The notes under the pieces: model-generated
What the model was told of the DNA's origin: nothing
What the model saw: only the letters and a program-made list of their open reading frames with translations
Databases searched by the model: none
Program-made: the position numbers and the translations under genes
In this document: positions 9,927-19,119 of the stretch, one piece after another
Position numbering within the stretch: position 1 is the first letter of the stretch
Layout of the letters: every line of letters starts with the position of its first letter
NCBI GenBank assembly: GCA_041169165.1
Contig: JBEEJN010000018.1
Coordinates: 18,736 to 82,735, forward strand
DNA from: Pseudomonadota bacterium
GTDB lineage: Bacteria > Pseudomonadota > Gammaproteobacteria > Burkholderiales > Burkholderiaceae_C
Direction: 5' to 3'
Length of the DNA stretch: 64,000 bases

Positions 9927-11405
9927 ATGCCCACGCTGGACACCGACTACCTCGTCATCGGCGCCGGCGCCACCGGCCTGGCCTTTGCCGACACGCTGCT
10001 CGAGCACCACCCCGACTGCCACATCACCCTGGTGGACCGCCGCACCCTGGCGGGCGGGCACTGGAACGACGCCTATCCCTTCGTCGCCCTGCATCAGCCC
10101 TCGGCCTTCTACGGCGTGAACTCGCTGTCGCTGGGCAGCGGGCGCAAGGATGAGCACGGTCACAACGCCGGCCTGTACGAGCTCGCCAGCGGCGCCGAGG
10201 TATGCGGCTATTTCCAGCAGGTGATGCAGCAGCGCCTGCTGGCCAGCGGAAGGGTCAGTTTCCTCTCCGGCCACCGCTTTGAGGGCATGGACGAGACCGG
10301 CCGGGCGCGCCTGGTCGCTTGCCTGAGCGGCGCCGGCCTTACCGTCAAGGTCAGGTGCAAGCGGGTCGACGCCGCGCATTTCATGCCCGACGTGCCGGCC
10401 ACCACGCCGCCCGCCTACCCGGCGGCGGACGGGGTGCGGCTGCTCACACCCACCGCGCTGTCGCGCCTGGGGCTGCCAGGGGATAACGATGCGGCCGGGC
10501 CGCCGAGTGGCTACTGCATCGTCGGCGCGGGCAAGACCGCCATGGACGTGGGGGTGTGGCTGCTCGGTCAGGGCGTGCCGGCCGAGGCCATCCACTGGGT
10601 GGTGCCGCGCGACTCGTGGGTGGTCAACCGCCTGACGACGCAGCCGGGCGAGGAGTTCTTCATGCACTCCATCGGCGGCATGGTCAAGCAGATGCGTGCC
10701 CTGGCCGCGGCCGAAGGGGTGGACGACGTCTTCCTGCGCCTGGAGGCCGCCGGACAGATGCTGCGCATCGACCCGGCGCACACGCCGCGCATGTTCCATT
10801 ACGCCACCCTGTCCGAGGGTGAGGTGGCGCTGCTGCGTCGCATCACCCAGGTCATCCGGCGTGGTCGGGTGCTGGCCATCGAACGCGACGCACTGGTGAT
10901 GGAGCAGGGCGGCCGCCTGCCCATGCCGCCAGGCCTGGCGTATATCCACTGCAGTACGTCGGCGGTGCGCCGGCTGCAGGTGCAGCCCATCTTCCAGCCC
11001 GGGCGCATCACGCCGCAATTGGTGCGTGCGCCGCTGGTGACTTTCAGCGCGGCGGTGTGCGCCTATGTCGAGGCACGCGTTGCGACAGGCGACGACTGTG
11101 CCGCCGCCGATGCCGCACGCAACGCCTTGTGCCAGCCGGCGCCCTTCCCGCACGATCTGGCCGGCTACCTCGCGGCCACGTTGGTGAACCAATCCAACCA
11201 GTTGCGCTGGAACCAGGACAAGGCGCTGCGTGACTGGATGCGCCAGACCCGGCTGGACGGCTTCGGCCGTCTCACCAGCAGCGTGGACCGCGGCGACACG
11301 GACAAGATGGCTGTGCTGGTCGAACTGCGCGAGCTGATGGGCCCGGCCATGGCCAATGCCGCCCGTTTGCTTGCTGCCGCCCGCGGCGAGCCGCAACACC
11401 CGTGA
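9927..11405 (+). CDS. NAD(P)/FAD-dependent oxidoreductase
   Basis: DYLVIGAGATG FAD motif, GGHWNDAYPFVALHQPS, second dinucleotide motif IVGAGKTAMD. Confidence 0.85.
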   Translation: MPTLDTDYLVIGAGATGLAFADTLLEHHPDCHITLVDRRTLAGGHWNDAYPFVALHQPSAFYGVNSLSLGSGRKDEHGHNAGLYELASGAEVCGYFQQVMQQRLLASGRVSFLSGHRFEGMDETGRARLVACLSGAGLTVKVRCKRVDAAHFMPDVPATTPPAYPAADGVRLLTPTALSRLGLPGDNDAAGPPSGYCIVGAGKTAMDVGVWLLGQGVPAEAIHWVVPRDSWVVNRLTTQPGEEFFMHSIGGMVKQMRALAAAEGVDDVFLRLEAAGQMLRIDPAHTPRMFHYATLSEGEVALLRRITQVIRRGRVLAIERDALVMEQGGRLPMPPGLAYIHCSTSAVRRLQVQPIFQPGRITPQLVRAPLVTFSAAVCAYVEARVATGDDCAAADAARNALCQPAPFPHDLAGYLAATLVNQSNQLRWNQDKALRDWMRQTRLDGFGRLTSSVDRGDTDKMAVLVELRELMGPAMANAARLLAAARGEPQHP

Positions 11406-11459
11406 ATCGGCCGGGCGCCGGACCCTCGGCGCAACGTCACATCGAACCCGAGGCCCACC

Positions 11460-12434
11460 ATGGATCAGCCTGACCTGCAGACCCTGCAACTTGACGACAT
11501 CCGCCTGCGCGTGGCCTTGCAGGGGCCGGCGGATGGACCCTTGGTGATCTTTTGCCACGGCTGGCCCGAGAGCTGGTACTCCTGGCGCGCGCAGATGGCG
11601 GCCGTGGCCGGCGCCGGCTGGCGCGCAGTGGCGCCCGATATGCGCGGCTATGGTGGCAGCGACGCGCCCGACGACCCCGAGCACTACACCCAACTGCACC
11701 ATGTGGGCGATCTGGTCGGCCTGCTCAAGGCCCTGAGTGCGACGAGCGCCGTGCTGGTGGGGCATGACTGGGGCGCACCGACGGTCTGGCATGCCGCGCT
11801 GCTGCGGCCCGACCTGTTCCGCGCGGTGGTTGGCATGAGCGTGCCGTATTCGCCGCCGGGGCGTTTCGACCTGCTCAGCGCGATGGATAAGCAGGGCGTG
11901 AGCAACTTCTACATGCAATATTTCCAGACCCCCGGCGTGGCCGAAGCCGAACTCGAACGCGACGTGCTGGCGACGATCCGGCGGGTGCATTTCAGCGGCT
12001 CCGGCGACGCACCCGCCGCGGCCGGCTTCGGCCTGCTCAAGCCCGGCGCGGGATTTCTGGGCAACTCGGTCGACCCGGGCGAGCAGTTGCCGGCCTGGAT
12101 GAACGCCGCCGATCTGGCCTACTACGCCGGCGAGTTCAGCCGCACCGGTTTTCGCGGCGGGCTGAACTGGTACCGCGCCATCCGCCGCAACACGGCGCTG
12201 CTGGCGCCCTGGCGCGGCGCGGTGATCCGCCAGCCAGCGCTGTTCATCGCCGGCGAACGCGACGGCGTGCTGCGCTTCCCGGCCTCCAAGGCGCAGATCG
12301 AACGTTTCAGCCAGACCCTGCCCTGCCTGCGTGGCTGCCACATCCTGCCGGGCGCCGGCCACTGGATACAGCGAGAGCGCGCGGCCCAGGTCAACACCTT
12401 GCTGCTCGACTTTCTCGCCTCGCTGGGGCGCTGA
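11460..12434 (+). CDS. Epoxide hydrolase (EphA-like alpha/beta hydrolase)
   Basis: HGWPE, APDMRGYG, GHDWGA (Asp nucleophile), LNWYR, GAGHW. Confidence 0.88.
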   Translation: MDQPDLQTLQLDDIRLRVALQGPADGPLVIFCHGWPESWYSWRAQMAAVAGAGWRAVAPDMRGYGGSDAPDDPEHYTQLHHVGDLVGLLKALSATSAVLVGHDWGAPTVWHAALLRPDLFRAVVGMSVPYSPPGRFDLLSAMDKQGVSNFYMQYFQTPGVAEAELERDVLATIRRVHFSGSGDAPAAAGFGLLKPGAGFLGNSVDPGEQLPAWMNAADLAYYAGEFSRTGFRGGLNWYRAIRRNTALLAPWRGAVIRQPALFIAGERDGVLRFPASKAQIERFSQTLPCLRGCHILPGAGHWIQRERAAQVNTLLLDFLASLGR

Positions 12435-12505
12435 CCTGGCAGGCTGATCGTGCCCAGCCGTCGAGCGGCGCGGCGGCCGAAGGTGTCGACCGGCCGGCCG
12501 TGCGG

Positions 12506-13678
12506 CTAGGCCGGTGAGCGATGCTGCGGCTGGGCGTGAAGTTGCGGCAGTGCGAACACCGCTTCGCGGATGACCGCCGCCGCGCCGATGGCGGCGACAT
12601 CCGGGCCGAAGCTTGTGAGCTCGATCGGCGGCGGCACCACACCGGGCACCAGGTGACGCTGCACGGCGGCCAGCACGCGATCGGCCACCAGCGGATACAG
12701 GCGCGACAAGGCGCCACCCAGCACGATGCGCCCGGGGTCCAGCACATGCACGGCGTTGACCACACCCAACGCCAGCGCATCGGCCCAGTCAGCCAGCGCC
12801 GCGGCCACCGGGGGCTCGTCACGTTGCAGCAGCAGGCGGTCGACCGCCAGGTTCAGCGGCGCATCCGCGGCCACCAGGCCGGCAAACGCCGCCGCGCCGG
12901 CCATCTGCTCGAACGCACGCGGCACTGCACCGCCGAGCACCAGGGTGTGGCCGATCTCCCCGGCGTGGCCATGGGCACCGCGCATCACCTTGCCGCCGAA
13001 CACCAGCGCACTGCCTATGCCTTCGGCCAGGTGCAGCACCTGCAGGTGCGCCAACTCGCCCTGGGCGGACACGGCCAGTTCGGCCAGCGCAAAACAGTCG
13101 GCGTCGTTGTGCACCTCGATGCGCCAGTCGGCGGGCAGCGCACCGGCGAGCACAACCTTGAGGTCGAAGTGCCGCCACTGCAGAAAAGGCGCGTTGACGA
13201 CCACGCCTGCGCGGTCGACCAGGCCGGGGATCGAGACACCCAGACCCAGCACCCGGGCAGGATCCGGCTGCCGATCGCGCAGCAGTTGTTGGGCCAAGGC
13301 TGCCACGCGGGCCGCCATGCCGGCGGCGTCGCTCACCTGCGGCCCGGGTGGCACCGAGGTGCGGGCGACGATGCCCAGGTTCAGGTCCATCAACACGCCG
13401 CTGATTTCGCGCGTGCCGACGTCCACCCCAAGGGCGTAGGCACCCTCCGCGGCCAGCGCCACGCGCACACCCGGCCGACCCTTGCCGCGCTCGATCTGGT
13501 TGTCGTCGAGCTCTTGCACCAGGCCCGCGTCCAGCAGTTCGGCGATGGCATTGCCGGTGGTGGAGCGGTTCAGGCCCAGATGGCGTGCCATGTCGGCGCG
13601 GGTCACGCTGCCAAGTTCGCGCAGCAGGCGCAGGCAGCGCTGGGCATTGAGGTGGCGAAGGATGCGGGTCGTGTTCAC
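12506..13678 (-). CDS. ROK family transcriptional regulator
   Basis: N-terminal HTH (TRADMARHLGLNRSTT), GVDVG, HNDAD, GHAGEIGH; GTG start inferred inside the over-long 822-aa ORF call. Confidence 0.88.
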   Translation of the reverse strand: MNTTRILRHLNAQRCLRLLRELGSVTRADMARHLGLNRSTTGNAIAELLDAGLVQELDDNQIERGKGRPGVRVALAAEGAYALGVDVGTREISGVLMDLNLGIVARTSVPPGPQVSDAAGMAARVAALAQQLLRDRQPDPARVLGLGVSIPGLVDRAGVVVNAPFLQWRHFDLKVVLAGALPADWRIEVHNDADCFALAELAVSAQGELAHLQVLHLAEGIGSALVFGGKVMRGAHGHAGEIGHTLVLGGAVPRAFEQMAGAAAFAGLVAADAPLNLAVDRLLLQRDEPPVAAALADWADALALGVVNAVHVLDPGRIVLGGALSRLYPLVADRVLAAVQRHLVPGVVPPPIELTSFGPDVAAIGAAAVIREAVFALPQLHAQPQHRSPA

Positions 13679-13807
13679 GGGCAATGAGGCGCGGGCGGGG
13701 CAGGCGGGTCGCCCTGCCGGGAGCGGCGTGCGGCGGGGCGGGTGCGGCGCTAGCAGTCTAGTGTGGCGGCCGGAAGGAGCCCGGCACGGCTTGCATGATT
13801 TTGTTTG

Positions 13808-13824
13808 TGTTGTAGACTGCAACA
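13808..13824. promoter_or_regulatory. Candidate ROK-repressor operator
   Basis: AT-rich imperfect palindrome TGTTGTAG-A-CTGCAACA between the divergent ROK regulator and the operon. Confidence 0.5.
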
Positions 13825-13849
13825 AATAAGCTGACCCCGACCATGGACC

Positions 13850-14938
13850 GTGAACATGCCCGTCGTCAAGCAAGACCGCCTCCTGCGCATCGGCATCCTG
13901 GGCTGCGGCCCGATCGCCCAGTACGCCCACCTCGAATCGGCCCAGAAGGCGCGCAACGCCGTGCTGCAGGCGGTCTGTGACGGCGACGTCGGTCTGGCGC
14001 AGCGCTACGGCAGCTTCTACGACGCCAAGCGCATCTACCACCGCTATGACGAGATGCTGGCCGACCCCGAGGTCGACGCTGTCATCCTGGCCACCTCCGA
14101 CGCTTTCCACGTGCCCGGCGCGCTGCTGGCGCTGGCGGCGGGCAAACATGTGCTGTGCGAAAAGCCCATCGGCCTGAGCGTCGAGGAGGTCGAAGAACTG
14201 GAACGTGCCGTCGCCGCCAGCGGCCGTGTGCTGCAGATCGGTCACATGCTGCGTTTCGACCCGGGCATCGAGGCGGCACGCGACTTCGTGCGCGACGAGA
14301 TCGGCGAGATGCTGGCGCTCAAGGCCTGGTATTGCGACTCGACCCATCGCTACACCGTGTGCGACGCCATCCAGCCGATGGCGCGCGTGGGCGGCGCCGG
14401 CGCGGTAAAGCCCAGCAGCGACCCCAAGGCCGACAAGGTGCGCTACAACATGCTGGCCCATGGCAGCCACCTGGTCGATCTGGCGCGTTTCCTGGCCGGG
14501 CCGATCCAGTCGGTGCGCGCACGCCTCAAGCAGCGCTATGGCGCGATGTGCTGGTTCATCGACACCGAGTTCGAAAGCGGCGCCATCGGCCACCTCGACC
14601 TGACCCTGCCGCTGCGCATGGACTGGCACGAGGGCTTCCAGATCTACGGCCAGAACGGCAGCGTGCTGGCCAAGATCCACAACCCCTGGTTCTACAAGGC
14701 CAGCGAGGTCGACATCTTCCGCGAGGCCGACGGTGCCTACCACCGCGTGCTCGGCCCGGACGGCCACTTCTACCGCCGCCAGCTTGAGGGCTTTGCCGAC
14801 ACGGTGCTGGACGGCGCACCGCTGCGCGGCGCCTCGATCGCCGACGGCGTGGCCTCGGTGCGCGCGATGGTGGCGATCGCCGAGTCGGTGCGCAGCGGCC
14901 GCGAGGTCGCGCTGGCCGACGTCGCCGGAGCGGTGTGA
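13850..14938 (+). CDS. Gfo/Idh/MocA family oxidoreductase
   Basis: IGILGCGPIA, HVLCEKP, GSHLVD; start is GTG 13850 or ATG 13856. Confidence 0.92.
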   Translation: MNMPVVKQDRLLRIGILGCGPIAQYAHLESAQKARNAVLQAVCDGDVGLAQRYGSFYDAKRIYHRYDEMLADPEVDAVILATSDAFHVPGALLALAAGKHVLCEKPIGLSVEEVEELERAVAASGRVLQIGHMLRFDPGIEAARDFVRDEIGEMLALKAWYCDSTHRYTVCDAIQPMARVGGAGAVKPSSDPKADKVRYNMLAHGSHLVDLARFLAGPIQSVRARLKQRYGAMCWFIDTEFESGAIGHLDLTLPLRMDWHEGFQIYGQNGSVLAKIHNPWFYKASEVDIFREADGAYHRVLGPDGHFYRRQLEGFADTVLDGAPLRGASIADGVASVRAMVAIAESVRSGREVALADVAGAV

Positions 14939-15019
14939 TGAGCTTGATGTACCCCGCCGTTTTTGCCCGCACATGGGCGGTCAGCGATTCAGCCGAGGCG
15001 CTGGCCCGGGTGCGCGATC

Positions 15020-15841
15020 ATGGTTACCACGGTGTGCAGTGAGTTCCGTACCGCCGACGGCGTGCGACTGGCGTTTGAGGACGTCGGCAGCGGACAGGTC
15101 CTGCTCTGGCAGCACGGGCTGGGCGCCGATCGCGGTCAGCCGGCCGAGGTCTGCCCCGAACTGCCGGGCTGGCGGCGCATCACGCTGGAATGCCGCGGCC
15201 ATGGCTGCTCGGAGCTTGGTGATCCGGCGCGGCTGACGATCGCCCAGTTCGCCGACGATGCGCTGGCGCTGCTCGACCACCTGGGTGTGGCGCAAGCAGT
15301 GGTCGGAGGCATTTCGCTGGGCGCGGGCATCGGCCTGCGCCTGGCCGCCCTGCACCCGACGCGCGTGCGCAGCCTGCTGTTGGCGCGCCCGGCCTGGGTC
15401 GACGCGCCGGCCGGCGAGTCGCAGGCGGCCTATGTCGAGGTGGCCGAGTTGATCGAACGCCTGGGCGTGGTCGAGGGGGCGCGGCAGTTCGAGGGCTCGC
15501 CCCGGCTGGCGCGTATCGAGCAGGTGGCACCCGATAACGCCAGGTCGCTGCGCTGGTTCTTCACCCGCGCACGGCCGGACACGACGGTGGCGCTGCTGTC
15601 GCGCATCCCGCGGCAGTGGCCGGGCTTCACCCTGGTGCAGCTGCAACAGATCGGTGCGCCCACCCTGGTCATCGGCAACGACCAGGACGATGCCCACCCG
15701 CTGGCGCACGCGCGCCGCCTGGCGGACATGCTGCCACGCGCGCGGCTGGTCCAGATCACGTCCAAGAGCCTGGACCGTGCTGCCCATGTGGCCGAATTCA
15801 GGGCCGCGCTGGCGGCCTTTGTGCAGGAGACCCTGACATGA
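15020..15841 (+). CDS. Alpha/beta hydrolase
   Basis: WQHGLG, ECRGHG, GGISLG nucleophile, DDAHP. Confidence 0.85.
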   Translation: MVTTVCSEFRTADGVRLAFEDVGSGQVLLWQHGLGADRGQPAEVCPELPGWRRITLECRGHGCSELGDPARLTIAQFADDALALLDHLGVAQAVVGGISLGAGIGLRLAALHPTRVRSLLLARPAWVDAPAGESQAAYVEVAELIERLGVVEGARQFEGSPRLARIEQVAPDNARSLRWFFTRARPDTTVALLSRIPRQWPGFTLVQLQQIGAPTLVIGNDQDDAHPLAHARRLADMLPRARLVQITSKSLDRAAHVAEFRAALAAFVQETLT

Positions 15842-16758
15842 CGCAGCCCCGCACCCTGCTGGTCATCGACGTTGGCGGCACCAGCGTGAAGTTCGCGGCC
15901 TCGGTCGATGCCCGCCCGCAGGACTACGTGCGCCAGTTCTCGAGTGTGGCACTGCGCGAGGCCGACCCGGTCCAGGCCCTGGCCAGCATGACACGCCAGG
16001 TGCTGGCCGAATCCGGCCTGCAGCCCGAGGTGATCGTCTCCACCGTGCCCGGCTTTCTCGACGTCGACGAGGACCGGGTGCTGTTTGCCGGCAACATCCT
16101 GGCTCTCAATGGCCGGCGGCTGGCGAGTGAACTCTGCGCGCTGGTTGGCCTGCCGGTGGTGCTGGAGCGCGATGCGGTGCTGGCGTTGATCGGCGAAACC
16201 GTTGCCGGCGCAGCGCGCGGTGCGCGGCGCGCGCTGGGCCTGTTCTTCGGCACCGGCGTCGGTGCGGCCTATGTCGAGGACGGCCGACCGTTTCGCGGCG
16301 CCGGCTGGGCGCTCGAGATCGGCCACATGCCGTTCAAGGGTGCAGGCCGTCAGCTCGAGGGCATGCGCAAGGACGTGCTGGAGGCCTATGTCTCCGGCCG
16401 GGCGCTGCAGATGATGGCCGATCGCCATGGCGTGGCGATCGAGCGCGTTTTTGTTGAGCGTGACTCGCGGCCGGCGCTGGACCGCGACCTCGACGAGTTC
16501 GTGCGCGACCAGGCGTTTGCCATCGGCACCGCGGTGACGCTGTTCTCGCCCGAGGTCACGCTGCTGGGCGGTGGCCTGTGCGAAATGGCCGGCTTCCCGC
16601 GCCAGCGGCTGGCCGAACTGGTGCAGGCGAACGCCCCCTACGCCGAGACCGGCCGACCGATGCAGCTGCGCTGGGCCGAGCTGGGCTGGCGAAGTGCCTT
16701 GCATGGCGCACCGCTGGCAGTGCAGGCGCATCGGCAGCGTCAGGCCGCTGCGGTCTAG
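15838..16758 (+). CDS. ROK family sugar kinase, allose-kinase (AlsK)-like
   Basis: ATGA overlap; IDVGGT, GTGVG, EIGHM, and GGGLCEMAGFPRQRL resembling AlsK as I recall it; no Cys-rich Zn motif. Confidence 0.8.
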   Translation: MTQPRTLLVIDVGGTSVKFAASVDARPQDYVRQFSSVALREADPVQALASMTRQVLAESGLQPEVIVSTVPGFLDVDEDRVLFAGNILALNGRRLASELCALVGLPVVLERDAVLALIGETVAGAARGARRALGLFFGTGVGAAYVEDGRPFRGAGWALEIGHMPFKGAGRQLEGMRKDVLEAYVSGRALQMMADRHGVAIERVFVERDSRPALDRDLDEFVRDQAFAIGTAVTLFSPEVTLLGGGLCEMAGFPRQRLAELVQANAPYAETGRPMQLRWAELGWRSALHGAPLAVQAHRQRQAAAV

Positions 16759-16810
16759 GCAGGGCCGGTCTAGGCTGGGGCGGTCTTAGCAGGGGCGGTC
16801 TCGGCAGCAG
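16751..16810 (+). repeat. Imperfect 15-bp tandem repeat, four units
   Basis: CGGTCTAGGCAGGGC / CGGTCTAGGCTGGGG / CGGTCTTAGCAGGGG / CGGTCTCGGCAGCAG, overlapping the kinase stop codon. Confidence 0.75.
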
Positions 16811-16882
16811 CGTCGTTCTGGGCGTCGCCTGGATTGCGTCGTCTGCGGCCGGGCTGCGGCAGGGTCTCACCACGCAGAGGCG

Positions 16883-17596
16883 TCAGCCGCCCGAGGGTGC
16901 CCGGCGCGCGCGGGCGCGTTCCAGCGCCGCTTCGATCACGCTGCGCTTGCGGTCCAGCTCGCTGGGTGTATTGCCCTGGGTGAGTTCGGGCAGATGGGCG
17001 AGCTTGTGTTCGGCCTGGGCCTGCAGGTGCTCGTCGTGACGCTGTACCGCTGCGGCACGGCGGGCATTGCGTGCGGCGTAGCGGGCGCGGGCGGCGTCAG
17101 CGTCGACCTGGCTCCAGGCCTGCCAGCCGCTGCGCCCGGGGGTGAGCTCGAGCAGGCTGATGCAGTCGACCGGGCAGACTGGCACACACAGTTCACAACC
17201 GGTGCACTGGGCCTCGATGACGGTGTGCATGCGCTTGTGCGTGCCAATGATGCAGTCGACCGGGCAGGCCTTGATGCACAGGGTGCAGCCGATGCACCAG
17301 TCTTCGTCGATGACCGCCAGCAGGCGCGGGCCGGCGCTGCCGCAATCGGGGTTGAGTGCAGCAATGGCCTGGCCGGTGAGTGCCGCCAGGCGGGTGATGC
17401 CCTCATCGCCGCCGGGCGGGCAGCGGTTGATGGCCGCGCCCTCGTGGGCGATGGCGCGGGCATAGGCATGGCAGTCCGGGTAGCCGCAGCGGGTGCACTG
17501 GGTCTGCGGCAGCAGGGCGTCGAGCGCAGAAACAAGATCGGCGCCCGCCGAGCTGGGGAGCGCCGATGCGGCGGGGCCAGGGGCGGCTGGGATCAA
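16883..17596 (-). CDS. rsxB: Electron transport complex subunit B (RsxB/RnfB-like ferredoxin)
   Basis: LLPQTQCTRCGYPDC, INRCPPGG and two 4Fe-4S motifs (CIGCTLCIKACP, CTGCELCVPVCP); TTG start overlaps the phaZ stop (TTGA). Confidence 0.88.
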   Translation of the reverse strand: MIPAAPGPAASALPSSAGADLVSALDALLPQTQCTRCGYPDCHAYARAIAHEGAAINRCPPGGDEGITRLAALTGQAIAALNPDCGSAGPRLLAVIDEDWCIGCTLCIKACPVDCIIGTHKRMHTVIEAQCTGCELCVPVCPVDCISLLELTPGRSGWQAWSQVDADAARARYAARNARRAAAVQRHDEHLQAQAEHKLAHLPELTQGNTPSELDRKRSVIEAALERARARRAPSGG

Positions 17597-18846
17597 GCCT
17601 TGGCGCCGGCCTGGTGGGTGGCGATGAACTCGCGGATCTGCGGGTAGGCCATGTCGCGCCAGCGCCGACCCGAGAAGATGCCGTAGTGACCAGCGCCCAC
17701 CACGTCGTAGTGCTGCTGGTTGGCCGGTGGGATGCCGGTGCACAGGTCGTGCGCGGCGCGGGTCTGGCCGGCGCCGGAGATGTCGTCGAGTTCGCCTTCA
17801 ACCGTCAGCAGGGCGGTGGCGGTGATGTCCTGCGGACGCACCAGTTGGCCCCTGACCTTCCAGGTGCCGTTGACCAGCGCGAAGTCCTGGAACACCAGCT
17901 TGATGGTTTCGAGGTAGTACTCGGCCGGCATGTCCAGCACGGCGTTGTATTCGTCGTAGAACTTGCGATGGGCCTCGACGCTGTCGTCGTCACCGCGCAC
18001 CAGGTCGAGGAAATAATCCCAGTGCGAGTTGAGGTGGCGGTCCGGGTTCATGGCCACGAAGCCGGTGTGCTGCAAAAAGCCCGGATAGACGGCACGTCCG
18101 GAGCCGGGGTAATTGGCTGGTACTCGGTAGATGACGTTGTTCTGGAACCAGTCGTGGCTTCGGTTCATCGCCAGGTTGTTGACCGCGGTCGGGCTCTTGC
18201 GGGCGTCGATCGGGCCACCCATCATGGTCATGGTGCGCGGCGTGAACTCGCCATTGCTGGCCAGCAAAGAGATGGCGGCGAGCACCGGCACGGTGGGCTG
18301 GCAGACCGAGATGACGTTGACGTCCGGCCCCAGCAGGCGGATGAAGTCCTGCACATAGGCGACGTAGTCGTCGAGGTGGAAGGCGCCGTCGCTGAGCGGC
18401 ACCATGCGTGCGTCCACCCAGTCGGTGATGTAGACCTTGTGGTCCTGCAGCAGGGTGCGCACCGTATCGCGCAGCAGCGTGGAATGGTGACCTGACAGCG
18501 GCGCCACCACCAGCACCACCGGCTGGGCCTTCATCTTTTCGAGCAGCGGTCCGCTGTCGGCAAAACGCTTGAAGCGCAGCAGGCGGCAGAACGGGCGGGC
18601 CTGGATGACCTGCTCCTGCACGGCCACGTCCACGCCGTCCACCGGCACGCTGGTGATCTCGAAGCCCGGCTTCTCGTATTCCTTGGTCAGGCGATGCAGC
18701 AGGTCGAAGCTGGCTGCCACCCGGTGCGACCCGACACCCTGCGAGAAGGGCGACAGCGGGTGGCTGTAGAGCTTGGCCGTCGCGCTGGCGAATTCGGCGA
18801 ACGGGCTCATCACGGCGCGTTGGGTTTCGTAGAGCTGGTAGAGCAT
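17593..18846 (-). CDS. phaZ: Intracellular polyhydroxyalkanoate depolymerase (PhaZ1 type)
   Basis: MLYQLYE start, VAPLSGHHSTLLRDTV, SVCQPTVP (catalytic Cys), VEGELDD, GHYGIFSG. Confidence 0.93.
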   Translation of the reverse strand: MLYQLYETQRAVMSPFAEFASATAKLYSHPLSPFSQGVGSHRVAASFDLLHRLTKEYEKPGFEITSVPVDGVDVAVQEQVIQARPFCRLLRFKRFADSGPLLEKMKAQPVVLVVAPLSGHHSTLLRDTVRTLLQDHKVYITDWVDARMVPLSDGAFHLDDYVAYVQDFIRLLGPDVNVISVCQPTVPVLAAISLLASNGEFTPRTMTMMGGPIDARKSPTAVNNLAMNRSHDWFQNNVIYRVPANYPGSGRAVYPGFLQHTGFVAMNPDRHLNSHWDYFLDLVRGDDDSVEAHRKFYDEYNAVLDMPAEYYLETIKLVFQDFALVNGTWKVRGQLVRPQDITATALLTVEGELDDISGAGQTRAAHDLCTGIPPANQQHYDVVGAGHYGIFSGRRWRDMAYPQIREFIATHQAGAKA

Positions 18847-18951
18847 CGTCTTTCCTGTCGCCGGTTTCGCCGGGGCTAGATGGCCGAATCCACGGCCTGG
18901 GTCGGCCATTCGGAGAAGCAAGCCGCCGCCAGAAGGCGGCGACGTGCCATT

Positions 18952-18968
18952 ATTGTGCAGTGCAACAT
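18952..18968. promoter_or_regulatory. Candidate PhaR-binding box upstream of phaZ
   Basis: ATTGTGCA-G-TGCAACAT, a TGCA-N-TGCA palindrome about 105 bp upstream of the phaZ start. Confidence 0.5.
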
Positions 18969-19119
18969 CGAATAAGACAAGACGGAATATCCCCGATCCC
19001 GCACCGGTGACTTCCACCTCAGCCCCATGCCTCGACACAGGCCCGCACCAACTCCAGCATGGCGCGGGCGGCTGACGGCAGGCTGGCGTTGACGACCGTC
19101 AATCCCGCCAGCGGCGCCG

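Noticed and set aside
13679-14974. N-terminal 430 aa of the 822-aa ORF 12506-14974
   Set aside because: It is the antisense of the Gfo/Idh/MocA gene; the ROK regulator proper starts near GTG 13678.
18935-18950. Sigma-54 promoter for phaZ on the minus strand (TGGCACGTCGCCGCC)
   Set aside because: The GC is one base off the required spacing.
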